Below, piece by piece: positions 36,287 through 46,885 of a DNA stretch of 64,000 nucleotides. Below the pieces are notes generated by a model, which worked only from the letters and a program-made list of their open reading frames with translations, was not told the origin of the DNA and ran no database searches. The stretch comes from Bacteroidales bacterium (GTDB lineage Bacteria; Bacteroidota; Bacteroidia; Bacteroidales; Marinilabiliaceae). How positions within the stretch are numbered: position 1 is the stretch's first letter; each line of letters starts with the position of its first letter. The stretch spans positions 17,989 through 81,988 of the forward strand of contig JAKSLG010000009.1 of assembly GCA_024401295.1 (NCBI GenBank), written 5' to 3'. Both the position numbers and the translations under genes were made by a program.

Positions 36287-39200
36287 CTACTGTTCTCCTG
36301 TCAATTCTCTTGCTTCGGCAACGGCCGCATTATATGCAGAATCGGCTTGCAAAGCCTGTTCCTCTGATGCTATTCGTGCTTCGGCTTCGGCCTCTGCCTT
36401 TCTCGCAGCCGCGAGCTGTTGCTGCAGTATTTCGCGCTGACGATCCTCATCGTTCTTTATCTGATCCGGCATAGGCAAGCGCGACAGAAGGTACGTGTTC
36501 CTGACCGTTTCAAGACGACGCATATAGGTGGTTGCGTCATTCTTTGCCTGTTCCTCTTTCGTTGCTTTTTTCTTAAGCTTTGCCGTCGTCACACCAAACT
36601 TGAGATCACTTACATTACCCTTGATGTTCACTCCAGCCTTGAACGGCAGTGGCGACTTCACGACAGACGCATGATAGTTGAGATTCATGTCAAGATCCTG
36701 CGAGCCTCCGATGATTGCGCTGTAACGGTCGATATTTGCAACGAACGGCAAAATCGTGATGCGGTTCGAATCGAGGAGCGCATTGAACGAAACGCTATCG
36801 ATAACATTCTCCTTCTTATTCTTGAACATCATGATTTTCGAAACCTTGGCGAAGGTCTCGCCATCAAGCACCGTCAATTTGCTTCCGCTGACATGCAGCG
36901 ATGCATTGGCTTTTGAGAGCACCGGACTCATCATGCTATCGAGTTCAGCATTGAGCGAGAGATAGCAATCGACTCTGCCACGCACGGAACTGAGCATCGG
37001 CACAATTGTATCGAGTTGCATACGGCCGATAAGATCTTCGAGATCGGTGCCGAGCCAACGTGCAAAAAGGCTGATTTCAGCAGTCTTTCTGCGTTTATGT
37101 CCCTTATATGCCAACACGGCAATGCCTTGCGAATCGCCATGACGGAAGGAAACATTCTTGACGTGGAGACAGCCTTTGTTTGTCTCGGCTTTTGTCCGTA
37201 TATCGGTCATTTCCATCTTGTTCCAAATCAAACACTTGATATTTGACTCGAGCGAGACATTTATGTTTCGAGGGAGGAAGAACAATTCGGCCTGTTGCGG
37301 AATCGTATCGGCATCGGCTGCATGAACGAGCATGGAATCGGCTGCAGCAGAGTGGACATACGACGTGTCGGAAACGAACGACGATGTCTCAATTGCCTCG
37401 TCTTCATCCCTTATCACAGAGGCCATTATCTCACTAGCATCAATAGTATCTGCATTCATGACGAGCGAGCCGACAAGCGGTTCTTTATTCATTATGGCCA
37501 TTGCCAAATTAGTAACCGTAGCCTTGACATCGAACGATGTCCTACCCGACTCTACATGAGATTTCTCAATTTCTATAGTTCTGATATTCTGAGTTATACG
37601 CGTATTAGTCGCGACAACAGGGAGTTTATAGCGAGGGAAGAAGACCTTCGCATTCTTAAACTCGACCAATGCATTTGAGATCCATGTCGTATCAGAAATG
37701 CGTTCATAATTAGCCTTAGAATCGAGACCACCCGTGAAACCACGAATACCGAAAATCGCAGAGAAAATCGTGTCGGATTTCAATGCCGCCTCAAAATGAG
37801 CCTTTGTCTTATCGGCCTTCGACGGACGGTTGACAAGCGAAGCCTTCGTGTTTTTGGAATATACCGTGACTGTATCGGTCTTGATGTAGATGCGCTGTGC
37901 ATTGACATCGGCAATGAGCGTTGGAATAGCCGTCGTATCGCGCGACATGAGAGTCTTCGCCTTCATATTGAAATCGCGCAAAGTAACATTGAGCGACGGA
38001 TACTTCATCAGGAAATTACCAATTTCAACACGTGCATTGAGCGTGTCGTTACCGACGAAATTGAGATGTGCATCGTTACGCAGATTAAGACCAATCGAGT
38101 CGTTTATGATTCGAAGACTGTCGATGTCGAGATTTCCGCTTAGCTTGATACGACCGAATTCGCCATTGCGCAATTGACTGAAGCGGAAATGCGATGTCAA
38201 ATCGGCAGTCACATTACCACCCATAGTGAAATTCTTCATTGGAAAAATGTCCAGAATCGACTTCATTTCGATCTTCGCGTTCAGCTTGCAATCGACAAGC
38301 GGATCGACAAGCAGTTCACTCATTCGTATGGTCGACTCGACCTCGGACTTGCCACCTTTGAAGTGAAAAATATCGACCGCAAGATGCGATGAATCCGGAT
38401 TTTGTGCATCAATATAAGCCGAAAATTCAGCACACAAATCTTCGATTTCCTCTGGCATTCTTGCATAGCGCGAACGGACATCGCGTATCGTCATATTGCA
38501 TGCGACAACCGGCGAATTCTCCTTATCGAGACGACCACGGACGTAGCCGTTAGACTCAATCGATCCTGATTTGACTTCGATATCATCGCTCACAATATCT
38601 TTTGGAATGAGAGCAAAAAGCTTCTCGACATCAGGCGAATCAAGCGCATAGGTTAAGTCCATATCGACACCGGCCGTATCGGTCTGAACCGTACCATCAA
38701 GCGTGAGCGCATGACCATCGAGAATGATATGCGAATCGCCGACAACGTATTTTTCCTGCTGATAATCATAGTAAACATGACCATCGAAGGCAAGCGGCAA
38801 ACGACGGATATAACGCGTTCCATCGACGGTAAGCGTCGTTCGGTCGTCGGACAATTTGATGTCAAGATCAAGATTATCAAGGTTGAGATTTCCATCAGCT
38901 TCGGCATTGAAGCCACGAACGGCAACACGCGTTTTGCTCTGACGATCAACATACGTAATCTTTGCATTTTCAATTTCAAAATGCTTGAGTGTCAAATTTA
39001 TAGACGACGTGTCTGCGTTTGCTTCATCCGTTTCGAGGCTATCTTCACGGACAATGTTCCAATTGACGATGCCGAGCGAATCGCAGACGAGACGGATCTG
39101 AGGATTCTTAACACTTAGACGACCGATGGAAATATTGCCGGAGAACAATGTATTCATAAGGTTGATACCTGCACGAAATTCGCTAAAAACGGCCAATGTA

Positions 39201-39526
39201 TCGTCTTTCAAACGGGCCGAATCGCGCTCGATTGCATGGTAGGCGCGACTGACAACCATGCCGTCGTTGACCTTGACTCCAAAACGCGGAAACGATGAGA
39301 AAAAAGTAGCCTCGACACTTCCGATTTTCACATCGGCATCGAGATATTCATCGGCATAGCCTTGCACAATCGGAGTGAGTTTTGACGGCGACAAAACCAC
39401 ATTTATCACAATCGCAACAAACAACAAAAAGCAACCGACAGATATACCGGAAATCACGCCTATGCGCTTCAAAACACGAATCTGACGCGGAGTTAGTCTG
39501 GATTTTATTATATCGCCTAATTTCAT
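36287..39526 (-). CDS. AsmA-like large envelope protein
   Basis: Single N-terminal TM helix, then about 1000 aa of beta-rich sequence with AsmA-like N- and C-terminal regions. The C-terminal tail is Ala/Glu-rich and helical. Confidence 0.6.
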   Translation of the reverse strand: MKLGDIIKSRLTPRQIRVLKRIGVISGISVGCFLLFVAIVINVVLSPSKLTPIVQGYADEYLDADVKIGSVEATFFSSFPRFGVKVNDGMVVSRAYHAIERDSARLKDDTLAVFSEFRAGINLMNTLFSGNISIGRLSVKNPQIRLVCDSLGIVNWNIVREDSLETDEANADTSSINLTLKHFEIENAKITYVDRQSKTRVAVRGFNAEADGNLNLDNLDLDIKLSDDRTTLTVDGTRYIRRLPLAFDGHVYYDYQQEKYVVGDSHIILDGHALTLDGTVQTDTAGVDMDLTYALDSPDVEKLFALIPKDIVSDDIEVKSGSIESNGYVRGRLDKENSPVVACNMTIRDVRSRYARMPEEIEDLCAEFSAYIDAQNPDSSHLAVDIFHFKGGKSEVESTIRMSELLVDPLVDCKLNAKIEMKSILDIFPMKNFTMGGNVTADLTSHFRFSQLRNGEFGRIKLSGNLDIDSLRIINDSIGLNLRNDAHLNFVGNDTLNARVEIGNFLMKYPSLNVTLRDFNMKAKTLMSRDTTAIPTLIADVNAQRIYIKTDTVTVYSKNTKASLVNRPSKADKTKAHFEAALKSDTIFSAIFGIRGFTGGLDSKANYERISDTTWISNALVEFKNAKVFFPRYKLPVVATNTRITQNIRTIEIEKSHVESGRTSFDVKATVTNLAMAIMNKEPLVGSLVMNADTIDASEIMASVIRDEDEAIETSSFVSDTSYVHSAAADSMLVHAADADTIPQQAELFFLPRNINVSLESNIKCLIWNKMEMTDIRTKAETNKGCLHVKNVSFRHGDSQGIAVLAYKGHKRRKTAEISLFARWLGTDLEDLIGRMQLDTIVPMLSSVRGRVDCYLSLNAELDSMMSPVLSKANASLHVSGSKLTVLDGETFAKVSKIMMFKNKKENVIDSVSFNALLDSNRITILPFVANIDRYSAIIGGSQDLDMNLNYHASVVKSPLPFKAGVNIKGNVSDLKFGVTTAKLKKKATKEEQAKNDATTYMRRLETVRNTYLLSRLPMPDQIKNDEDRQREILQQQLAAARKAEAEAEARIASEEQALQADSAYNAAVAEARELTGEQ

Positions 39527-39542
39527 CTTAACAATCTATATA

Positions 39543-40436
39543 TCAAAGTAATGACAGTATTTTTTCGACAAGAGAATCATCGGATGCCGAAAACCATTCA
39601 TATTCGTTTTTAAGTCTGAACCACGTCAGCTGCTTTTTTGCATAACGTCGAGTATTTGTCTTTATCTTTTCTGCGGCTTCTGCAAGCGTCATCTGTCCAT
39701 CAAAATATGCAAACATCTCTTTGTAACCCACAGTGTTAAGCGAGTTCAAATGGCGGAGGTGAAACAGATTGCGAGCCTCTTCTTCAAGTCCCTGACGCAG
39801 CATCTCGTCAACACGAACTCCGATACGTTCGAACAACTCTTCACGCGGACGATCAAGTGCGACACAAACGGTGCGAAAAGGTCGCTGCTTGGCCTGTCCT
39901 GTGCGCAATGACGTATATGTCGTGCCCGACTGAAGACATATCTCAACGGCATGAACGACACGCTTTGCATTCATGCGGTCAACAATCTCGTAATGCTCAG
40001 GATCGAGCGTCTGAAGCACCATCAAGAGATGTTCAAGACCATCACGTTCAAGCATTTGCGAGACTCGTTCGCGCACTTCGGCCGAAATGGTCGGGATCTC
40101 GTCAATTCCGCGTACTACAGCGTCGATATACATCATCGAACCACCAGTCATCACGACCGTGTCCATCGTCTCGAACTGCTTTTCGAGAATCTGAAGGACA
40201 TCCTGTTCAAATTCGTATGCGCTGTAATAATCACATACCGAACGATGACCGACAAGGAAATGCTGCACTCGAGCCAACTGATCGGACGTTGGAGCCGCCG
40301 TACCTATTGGAATCTCGCGATAGACCTGTCTGCTGTCGGCCGAGATAATCGGGCAATGCAACCTCTCTGCGAGGCGCAAAGCCGTCTCTGTCTTTCCAAC
40401 AGCCGTCGGACCGGCAAGCACAAGCAACGTCTTCAT
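39543..40436 (-). CDS. miaA: tRNA dimethylallyltransferase
   Basis: LAGPTAVGKTETAL P-loop, ISADSRQVYREIPIGTAAP and YAKKQLTWFR. Confidence 0.95.
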   Translation of the reverse strand: MKTLLVLAGPTAVGKTETALRLAERLHCPIISADSRQVYREIPIGTAAPTSDQLARVQHFLVGHRSVCDYYSAYEFEQDVLQILEKQFETMDTVVMTGGSMMYIDAVVRGIDEIPTISAEVRERVSQMLERDGLEHLLMVLQTLDPEHYEIVDRMNAKRVVHAVEICLQSGTTYTSLRTGQAKQRPFRTVCVALDRPREELFERIGVRVDEMLRQGLEEEARNLFHLRHLNSLNTVGYKEMFAYFDGQMTLAEAAEKIKTNTRRYAKKQLTWFRLKNEYEWFSASDDSLVEKILSLL

Positions 40437-40456
40437 CTACAACACCTTAGACACAA

Positions 40457-42808
40457 TCAATTTTCAATTGAATAGACTCGTTTCACACGACGGCCTATGC
40501 TTGTCATGATCTCATATGGAATCGTACCAATCTTGTCGCTCATCTCCCAAACAGGATTCTGATCTCCAAAAAGCACTACATCGTCGCCGACCTGAACATC
40601 ATTGACGTCCGTCACATCAACCATGCATATATCCATGCAGACATTTCCAGCGATCGGAGCTTTCGAACCGCGGATCATTACCTCGCCAACGCCGTTGCTC
40701 AACCTGCGATCAAGACCATCGGCATAGCCGATCGGAACAACAGCGATGCGAGAATTGCGACTTACAACAGTCTTGCGACCATAGCCAATGCTCTCGCCTG
40801 CCGGTACATTGCGAATCTGGGAAATATACGACTGGAGCGTCACAACATTGTGCAAACGACTATTATCGATAGCCGAAACACCATAGAGACCAATGCCCAA
40901 ACGGACCATCTCGAACTGATAGTCCGAGAATCGTTCGATACCGGCGCTATTTAGAATATGACGCATAAACGGCTGTCCCACAGTATCTGACAGACGACGT
41001 GTTGCATCTTCAAAAATTGATATCTGATGCTGCGAGAAGTCGTCATGGACATTTTCGTCACTTCCGACGAGATGCGAAAAGGCCGAAACAATTCGAAGAT
41101 TGCCACATTCATGAACGCACTTTGCAACTGACTCCATGTCCGCAATGTCGAAGCCCGAACGCTTCATTCCTGTGTCAATCTTAATATGTATAGGAGCTTG
41201 CGAAATGCCAATCTTGCGAGCCATCGATGAATAGAGTTTCATCGATTCAACAGTCGAAAGCTCCGGCTCAAGATTATTCTCAAGCATAAGATCGAAGCTG
41301 TGCTGCTCCGGATTCATCACGATTATCGGCAGAGATATGCCGGATGCACGCAAGTCGAAGCCTTCATCAGCAAACGCAACACCAAGATAATCAACACCTT
41401 GTTGCTGCATAAGCTTCGCAATTTCAAACGATCCCGTTCCATAAGAATAAGCCTTGACCATCGCCAAAAGCTTTGTGTTTGGCTTCAAAAACGAGCGAAA
41501 ATAGGCTATGTTATGTGCAAGTGCATCGAGATTGACCTTCATCACCGTGCGATGGCGTTTTTGCTCAAGAAGCGATGCGATGCGCTCAAATTCAAATGTT
41601 CGCGAAGCCTTCAGCAGTATCGCTTCATTGCGAAAATCGGCTGTTGACATTCGCTGACAGAAGTCGTTTGTCGATGCAAAGAACACGCTATTTCGACGTT
41701 GCTGCATCGCCATGCTGATATGCGGACCGATGCCGATGAGTCGCGAAACCTTCTTCTCGTCAAGCAAACGTCCAACGCGGGCATAGAGTTCTTCATCGCA
41801 AAGGCCCGTCTGCTGAAGATCACTGAGAATAACCGTGCGCGAAAGACCTTTCTTATCGCCAAGCTGATGAAGCGAATCGAGCGCAAGAGCCAACGAATCA
41901 ATGTCAGCATTATACGCATCGTCGATTATCGTACAGTTGTTATGGCCATCTTTCTGCTCAAGACGCATACTGATGCTCTCGACCTGCGACGCACGCATTG
42001 CAAGTGTCTCAATGTCAACGCCTATCGCCAATGCATAATTGGCAGCGTGCATGATATTTTCACACGAAATGTCGTCCTTGAAGCCGAATCGCTCAAGAAT
42101 TCTGCGACTCTGAGTGTCTGATTTATGCCATCCAATCTTTTCAGCATCAGGGAAACGGCTTTCAATATATTCTGCAATCTTTTGATTGTCTGCACAATAG
42201 AAAATGCGTTTTGCATTACGGGCCATGACGAGCTTTTCCTCAAGTTTCTGCTCGAGACTGCTGAAATTCTCTTGATGTGCCTGACCAAGATTTGTGATTA
42301 TCACATCGTCTGGCTCAACGATTTCCTCAAGTCGAGCCATCTCGCCAGGCTCTGAAATACCAGCCTCGATTATCGAAAGCTGCGTCTCTGGCTCAATATT
42401 CCACAACGAAAGGGCAACGCCGACCTGACTATTATACGAACGTGGCGAACGCACAACAAGCATGTCGCCGCCAACAAGTTCACCAAGCCAGTCCTTGACA
42501 ATCGTCTTGCCGTTTGAACCAACAATGGCAACCACTCGGCCATGGTTCATCCTGCGTTTCTGTTTGGCAATCTGCTGCAGTTCACGTGTCGTATCGTCGC
42601 ATAAAATGAAACGTGCATCGGGATACGGACGGACGTCAAAATCGCTATGGCAAACGAAAGCGCGGACACCTCGCGCATAGAGATCTGCAACATATTTTGC
42701 ACCGTCATGACGCTGACCGCGCAAGGCTACGAAGAGCGTTCCGTAGGTCGTAAACAGCTTTCGGCTATCGGTCAACAGACGCTCAACTTCTATATTTTTG
42801 TAATTCAT
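40457..42808 (-). CDS. Bifunctional UDP-MurNAc-pentapeptide synthetase (MurF) / alanine racemase (Alr) fusion
   Basis: The N-terminal half carries the Mur ligase motif VGSNGKT. The C-terminal half carries the alanine racemase motif AMVKAYSYGTG (PLP lysine). Size is 783 aa. Confidence 0.85.
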   Translation of the reverse strand: MNYKNIEVERLLTDSRKLFTTYGTLFVALRGQRHDGAKYVADLYARGVRAFVCHSDFDVRPYPDARFILCDDTTRELQQIAKQKRRMNHGRVVAIVGSNGKTIVKDWLGELVGGDMLVVRSPRSYNSQVGVALSLWNIEPETQLSIIEAGISEPGEMARLEEIVEPDDVIITNLGQAHQENFSSLEQKLEEKLVMARNAKRIFYCADNQKIAEYIESRFPDAEKIGWHKSDTQSRRILERFGFKDDISCENIMHAANYALAIGVDIETLAMRASQVESISMRLEQKDGHNNCTIIDDAYNADIDSLALALDSLHQLGDKKGLSRTVILSDLQQTGLCDEELYARVGRLLDEKKVSRLIGIGPHISMAMQQRRNSVFFASTNDFCQRMSTADFRNEAILLKASRTFEFERIASLLEQKRHRTVMKVNLDALAHNIAYFRSFLKPNTKLLAMVKAYSYGTGSFEIAKLMQQQGVDYLGVAFADEGFDLRASGISLPIIVMNPEQHSFDLMLENNLEPELSTVESMKLYSSMARKIGISQAPIHIKIDTGMKRSGFDIADMESVAKCVHECGNLRIVSAFSHLVGSDENVHDDFSQHQISIFEDATRRLSDTVGQPFMRHILNSAGIERFSDYQFEMVRLGIGLYGVSAIDNSRLHNVVTLQSYISQIRNVPAGESIGYGRKTVVSRNSRIAVVPIGYADGLDRRLSNGVGEVMIRGSKAPIAGNVCMDICMVDVTDVNDVQVGDDVVLFGDQNPVWEMSDKIGTIPYEIMTSIGRRVKRVYSIEN

Positions 42809-42814
42809 GATAGT

Positions 42815-43561
42815 TTATTCGAAATAAAAGGTAAAGCAGACAATTCTCGATTTCAGGCGATCAATGGCTTGTTGATATGGGAGATCTTCGAGATCATCAG
42901 ACATCTTGTCGCTCTTGACATTGGCCAAACCAAACGAGCCTCTGACCTCGAATGAAAAACGGAAATACGGCAGATAAAAATCCACGCCAGCACCTGCATC
43001 CCAATAACAGTCGAGCGACTTCAACACGAGATGATCCTGCTTATCCTTGGCAAGATCATAGCGCGGAGTCAAACCTCCAACTACGAATGGGCGCACATTG
43101 CGCAGACGATTTGAGCCATACTTGAGCAACAACGGCATCTCAACAAACGTCGATTTGATCTTCAGCGGATCACCAATCTGTTGCCCATACTCATCAATAA
43201 AACTGATATCGCGCTGACCGAAACCAACTCCCGGAAGACATCTGAAATTCAGATGTTCACAGATGCGAAAATCTGTCACGATGCCAAGATTTATGCCCGG
43301 ATTTAGTTTCTGAATCTCGCCATAGCGAGCTTTTTCGCCATTCTCAAGCGTGCGAATGCCTGTGTTGTAAATATGAAAATCAAGAGCATTAAAACCTATC
43401 AGGAATCCGAAATGCACGGCCTTATGGTCGAACGACGGCAGATTAGGCAAGCCACGACGCCGAGCATCGTTCTGAACCTGTCCGCTGCTCTGCGCCATCG
43501 TTGTCATGCTCACAAAAAGCACGACAAATAGCATAGCCATATATCTGATAGTCTGCGACAT
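42815..43561 (-). CDS. porT: PorT/SprT-like outer-membrane beta-barrel protein (T9SS-associated)
   Basis: Signal peptide ending MAQ. At 248 aa the size matches PorT. It lies immediately downstream of ubiE, the conserved PorT/SprT context in Bacteroidota. Confidence 0.55.
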   Translation of the reverse strand: MSQTIRYMAMLFVVLFVSMTTMAQSSGQVQNDARRRGLPNLPSFDHKAVHFGFLIGFNALDFHIYNTGIRTLENGEKARYGEIQKLNPGINLGIVTDFRICEHLNFRCLPGVGFGQRDISFIDEYGQQIGDPLKIKSTFVEMPLLLKYGSNRLRNVRPFVVGGLTPRYDLAKDKQDHLVLKSLDCYWDAGAGVDFYLPYFRFSFEVRGSFGLANVKSDKMSDDLEDLPYQQAIDRLKSRIVCFTFYFE

Positions 43562-43567
43562 ATAATC

Positions 43568-44299
43568 TTATTTCAATTTCTCTCCAACGTATATTGTGGC
43601 AATGCCAAACGTTTGACTCTTCCGCTCTTTCGGCTCAATGCCGACATGCTTCATGTGGCTTTCAAACTCTTCGCCATCAGGAAATGCAAGCACCGACTGA
43701 GGAAGATATTCATAAGCCTTCTTGTCATGGCTGACAAAACCTCCCAAATGCGGCAATATATGCTTGAAATAAAACATATAAATCTGCTTGAACGGAAATG
43801 TCTGAGGCTTCGAGAATTCAAGAATCACCATTCGGCCACCAGGCTTAATGATACGTGCCATCTCGGCAAGTCCCTTGTCAAGATTTTCGTAGTTGCGAAC
43901 GCCAAATGCCACAGTCACAGCATCAAACGTGTTATCTTCAAAAGGCAACTGCTCCGAATCAGCCTCGGCAAGATTGATTTTATCGGCAAGACCGAGATCG
44001 GCAACTTTCTGCTTTGCGACTTCAAGCATGCCGACCGAAAGATCGGTACCTGTCACATTGCAACCTAGCATCTGATGCGCCTTTATCGCAAAATCGCCGG
44101 TTCCTGTCGCAACGTCAATTATATGCTTTGGGGCAATATCCTTAAGCGTCTTGATGGCACGCTTGCGCCAGAGTTTGTCGATGCCAAGCGAGAGAAAATG
44201 ATTGAGAAAATCGTAGCGCGGTGCAATGGTATTGAACATCGTGCGCACTTCGCTTTTCTTGCTCTCGCCCTCGTCGTTATATGGTTTTACACTACTCAT
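43568..44299 (-). CDS. ubiE: Demethylmenaquinone/ubiquinone methyltransferase
   Basis: MFNTIAPRYDFLNHFLSLGIDKLWR and VATGTGD SAM motifs, and VAFGVRN. Confidence 0.9.
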   Translation of the reverse strand: MSSVKPYNDEGESKKSEVRTMFNTIAPRYDFLNHFLSLGIDKLWRKRAIKTLKDIAPKHIIDVATGTGDFAIKAHQMLGCNVTGTDLSVGMLEVAKQKVADLGLADKINLAEADSEQLPFEDNTFDAVTVAFGVRNYENLDKGLAEMARIIKPGGRMVILEFSKPQTFPFKQIYMFYFKHILPHLGGFVSHDKKAYEYLPQSVLAFPDGEEFESHMKHVGIEPKERKSQTFGIATIYVGEKLK

Positions 44300-44315
44300 A
44301 TATTTCTGATTATAT

Positions 44316-45602
44316 TTATCTTACGACTACAATTCTGAAATTTTCCTTCTTGAGATATTTCTGCGACATCTCCATAACTTTGTTGCTGTCAATCGTATCG
44401 ACAAGATTGAAGAATCTCAAATCATAGTCATACGGAGCACCTTCGAGTATCAACGAATTGATGCTGTCGGCACTTGAGAAAGTCGTCTCATAGTTCTGAT
44501 ACATAACGCCTTTCACATAGTTGCGTGCCATCATCAGTTCCTCTTCGTCAATCGGTTCCGTACACATACGATTCATCTCTGCAAAAATCTCGCCAATCAC
44601 GACATCGCAGCTGTTTGGTTCAACTTCGCTGGCAATTTTCAGCAATCCGAAATCACGATGAATGTCTGTGATTGAATTGATTCCATATGTCAATCCTTTT
44701 TTCTCGCGTATATTCTGCATGAGGCGCGAACCAAAATAACCGCCCAGAATCATGTTGACAAAACTCATCGTCTGAACGTCAGGATGGCCGATCGGCAAGA
44801 ACGGACACGCCATCAGAATCGAAGCCTGCGTTGATCCTTCGCGGTTTATGATGATTGGATTCTCTGTCCATTCGCGATAGACTGGCGTAGGGCAATCGCC
44901 AACCTTGACCTCTGGCCGCCATGTCGAGCCGAATGTCTTCGCAATGCTTTCAATACTCTTTTCTGAAGGTTTGCCGCTGATAGAAATGCGCATTCCATTC
45001 TGAGAATATGCAGCCTTGTGGAAGGCATGAAGATCATCAGTTGTCAACTGACTGAGTGTGTTTTCGTCCATCACACGGCCAAATATTGAACCCTCTTCAT
45101 AAAGATTCTGAGTCATCGTGTGACCCACCAAATAATTCGATCTTCGCATTCGTATGCGGAACTGCTGCTGCAAACGATCAACATATTCGGACAAACCCTT
45201 TTCGGGGAATGTCGGTTCCTTGATCATCTTTTCGATTATCGGAAGGATTCGTTCGATATGTTTATCGAGCACGAAAAGAGAGAGAGCAGAGTTGTGATAG
45301 CTGGAACGCTGCCACATATTTGCTCCGTAGAATTCAATTTTTTCTGCGATTTCTTCGGCGTTCATGCCCGGAATGCCTTCGCCCAAAAGAACGTTCACGG
45401 CACGAGCCAAACCGCATTTCGGAGCAAAGACAGAACCCGCATTAAAACAAAAATCAATCTTCACGATGTCCTGTGTGCCACCTGTAACAAGACACATTTC
45501 GACACCATTGTCGAGCGTGCGCTGCTCAAAGTGAGGCAATGTCAGCGAACCGATGCTATAGGTCTGAGGCTGTATACTTCTGTCTATCATCTGATGATTC
45601 AT
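44316..45602 (-). CDS. M16-family peptidase-like protein lacking the HxxEH motif (non-catalytic partner)
   Basis: Insulinase-fold length and pattern, but no HxxEH near the N-terminus. ATGA overlap with the upstream M16 gene. Confidence 0.65.
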   Translation of the reverse strand: MNHQMIDRSIQPQTYSIGSLTLPHFEQRTLDNGVEMCLVTGGTQDIVKIDFCFNAGSVFAPKCGLARAVNVLLGEGIPGMNAEEIAEKIEFYGANMWQRSSYHNSALSLFVLDKHIERILPIIEKMIKEPTFPEKGLSEYVDRLQQQFRIRMRRSNYLVGHTMTQNLYEEGSIFGRVMDENTLSQLTTDDLHAFHKAAYSQNGMRISISGKPSEKSIESIAKTFGSTWRPEVKVGDCPTPVYREWTENPIIINREGSTQASILMACPFLPIGHPDVQTMSFVNMILGGYFGSRLMQNIREKKGLTYGINSITDIHRDFGLLKIASEVEPNSCDVVIGEIFAEMNRMCTEPIDEEELMMARNYVKGVMYQNYETTFSSADSINSLILEGAPYDYDLRFFNLVDTIDSNKVMEMSQKYLKKENFRIVVVR

Positions 45603-46840
45603 TTTCTGTTTTTCGCCTTATAGTAGAGAAGCGATTCATTGCTCTCACACACAATGCGATGCATGGCTTCTTTGATTTCATCATTTGTCACCGAATCATA
45701 GATATCGAATTCGGTGTTTATGAGATTCGCATCGCCGATTGTCTCATACGTTGCGATGTTGCGAGCCTTGTTCGTCAGCTGAATTTCCGAAACGACCTTA
45801 ACGGCTTCTGTGCGGTTCTTCACCTTTTGGAGTTCATACTCAGTTGCTCCATCGGATGCAAGTCGATTGGCTTCTTCGCGCAAAGCATTGGTCATATATT
45901 CCAGACTTGTTCCAGGAAGCAGTGTTGCACTCAACGTAATCACGCCTGGGTCAAAATTGCCAGATATTGCAGCATTAACTTCGCTTACGACAGCCTCACG
46001 CTTCAAGAAACGATTTTCGAGACGCGATGAAACGCCATCTGCCAGAATGTCTGTTGCAATGTCCATCACATAATAATCGCGGCTCAATCGGCTGCCCATG
46101 TGATACATCATCTGTACGGTATCGGCAGGCACATCGCGCTCCACTTCAAGGAAACGCTGGGCTGTCTGCACTGGTTCTGCAGCGATTGGAATTCGCTTTG
46201 CCTTGCGATTGATGTCGCCAAACCATTTCTCAGACATGGCAAAAATCTGCTCGGGATCAACATTGCCTGCCACAACAAGGACGGCATTGTCTGGAGCATA
46301 ATGCGTATTATAGAAATCGAGAATTTCTTCGCGCGATGCATCCGCAATATGCGAAAATTCTTTGCCAATCACTGGCCATCGATATGGATGCTCCTTGAAC
46401 GCAAGCGCGCATTTCAGATGTGCCAAATCGCCATAAGGCTGATTGAGACATCGCTGGTTAAACTCTTCGATGACGACTTTGCGCTGCACTTCGATGCTCT
46501 CGTCGCTCAGTGTCAAAGCATGCATGCGGTCTGCCTCAATCCAAAGAGCCGTCTCGACGTTGCATGCCGGAAGAGTCATGTAATAGTTGGTGATATCTTC
46601 ATCGGTGAAAGCATTGTTTTCACCGCCTGCCATCTGAACTACATCGTCAAAATCGGGAGCATTCTTAGAACCTGTAAACATCAGATGCTCCATGAGATGA
46701 GCCAATCCCGTCCGGTTCGGATTTTCGTTACGCGATCCGACCGCATATTGCAAATTGACAACGGCCAACGGCGATGATGTGTCGCGGTGAACAACGACTT
46801 TCAGACCATTGCTGAGCACATGTCTGCAAATATCAATCAT
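45599..46840 (-). CDS. M16 (pitrilysin/insulinase) family zinc peptidase
   Basis: Inverted zinc motif HLMEHLMF (HxxEH), plus a downstream E in ENNAFT. Confidence 0.8.
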   Translation of the reverse strand: MIDICRHVLSNGLKVVVHRDTSSPLAVVNLQYAVGSRNENPNRTGLAHLMEHLMFTGSKNAPDFDDVVQMAGGENNAFTDEDITNYYMTLPACNVETALWIEADRMHALTLSDESIEVQRKVVIEEFNQRCLNQPYGDLAHLKCALAFKEHPYRWPVIGKEFSHIADASREEILDFYNTHYAPDNAVLVVAGNVDPEQIFAMSEKWFGDINRKAKRIPIAAEPVQTAQRFLEVERDVPADTVQMMYHMGSRLSRDYYVMDIATDILADGVSSRLENRFLKREAVVSEVNAAISGNFDPGVITLSATLLPGTSLEYMTNALREEANRLASDGATEYELQKVKNRTEAVKVVSEIQLTNKARNIATYETIGDANLINTEFDIYDSVTNDEIKEAMHRIVCESNESLLYYKAKNRK

Positions 46841-46885
46841 GTTTTGTCTTTTCCTAAATAAATATATGTATGTGTGCTTCGCACA

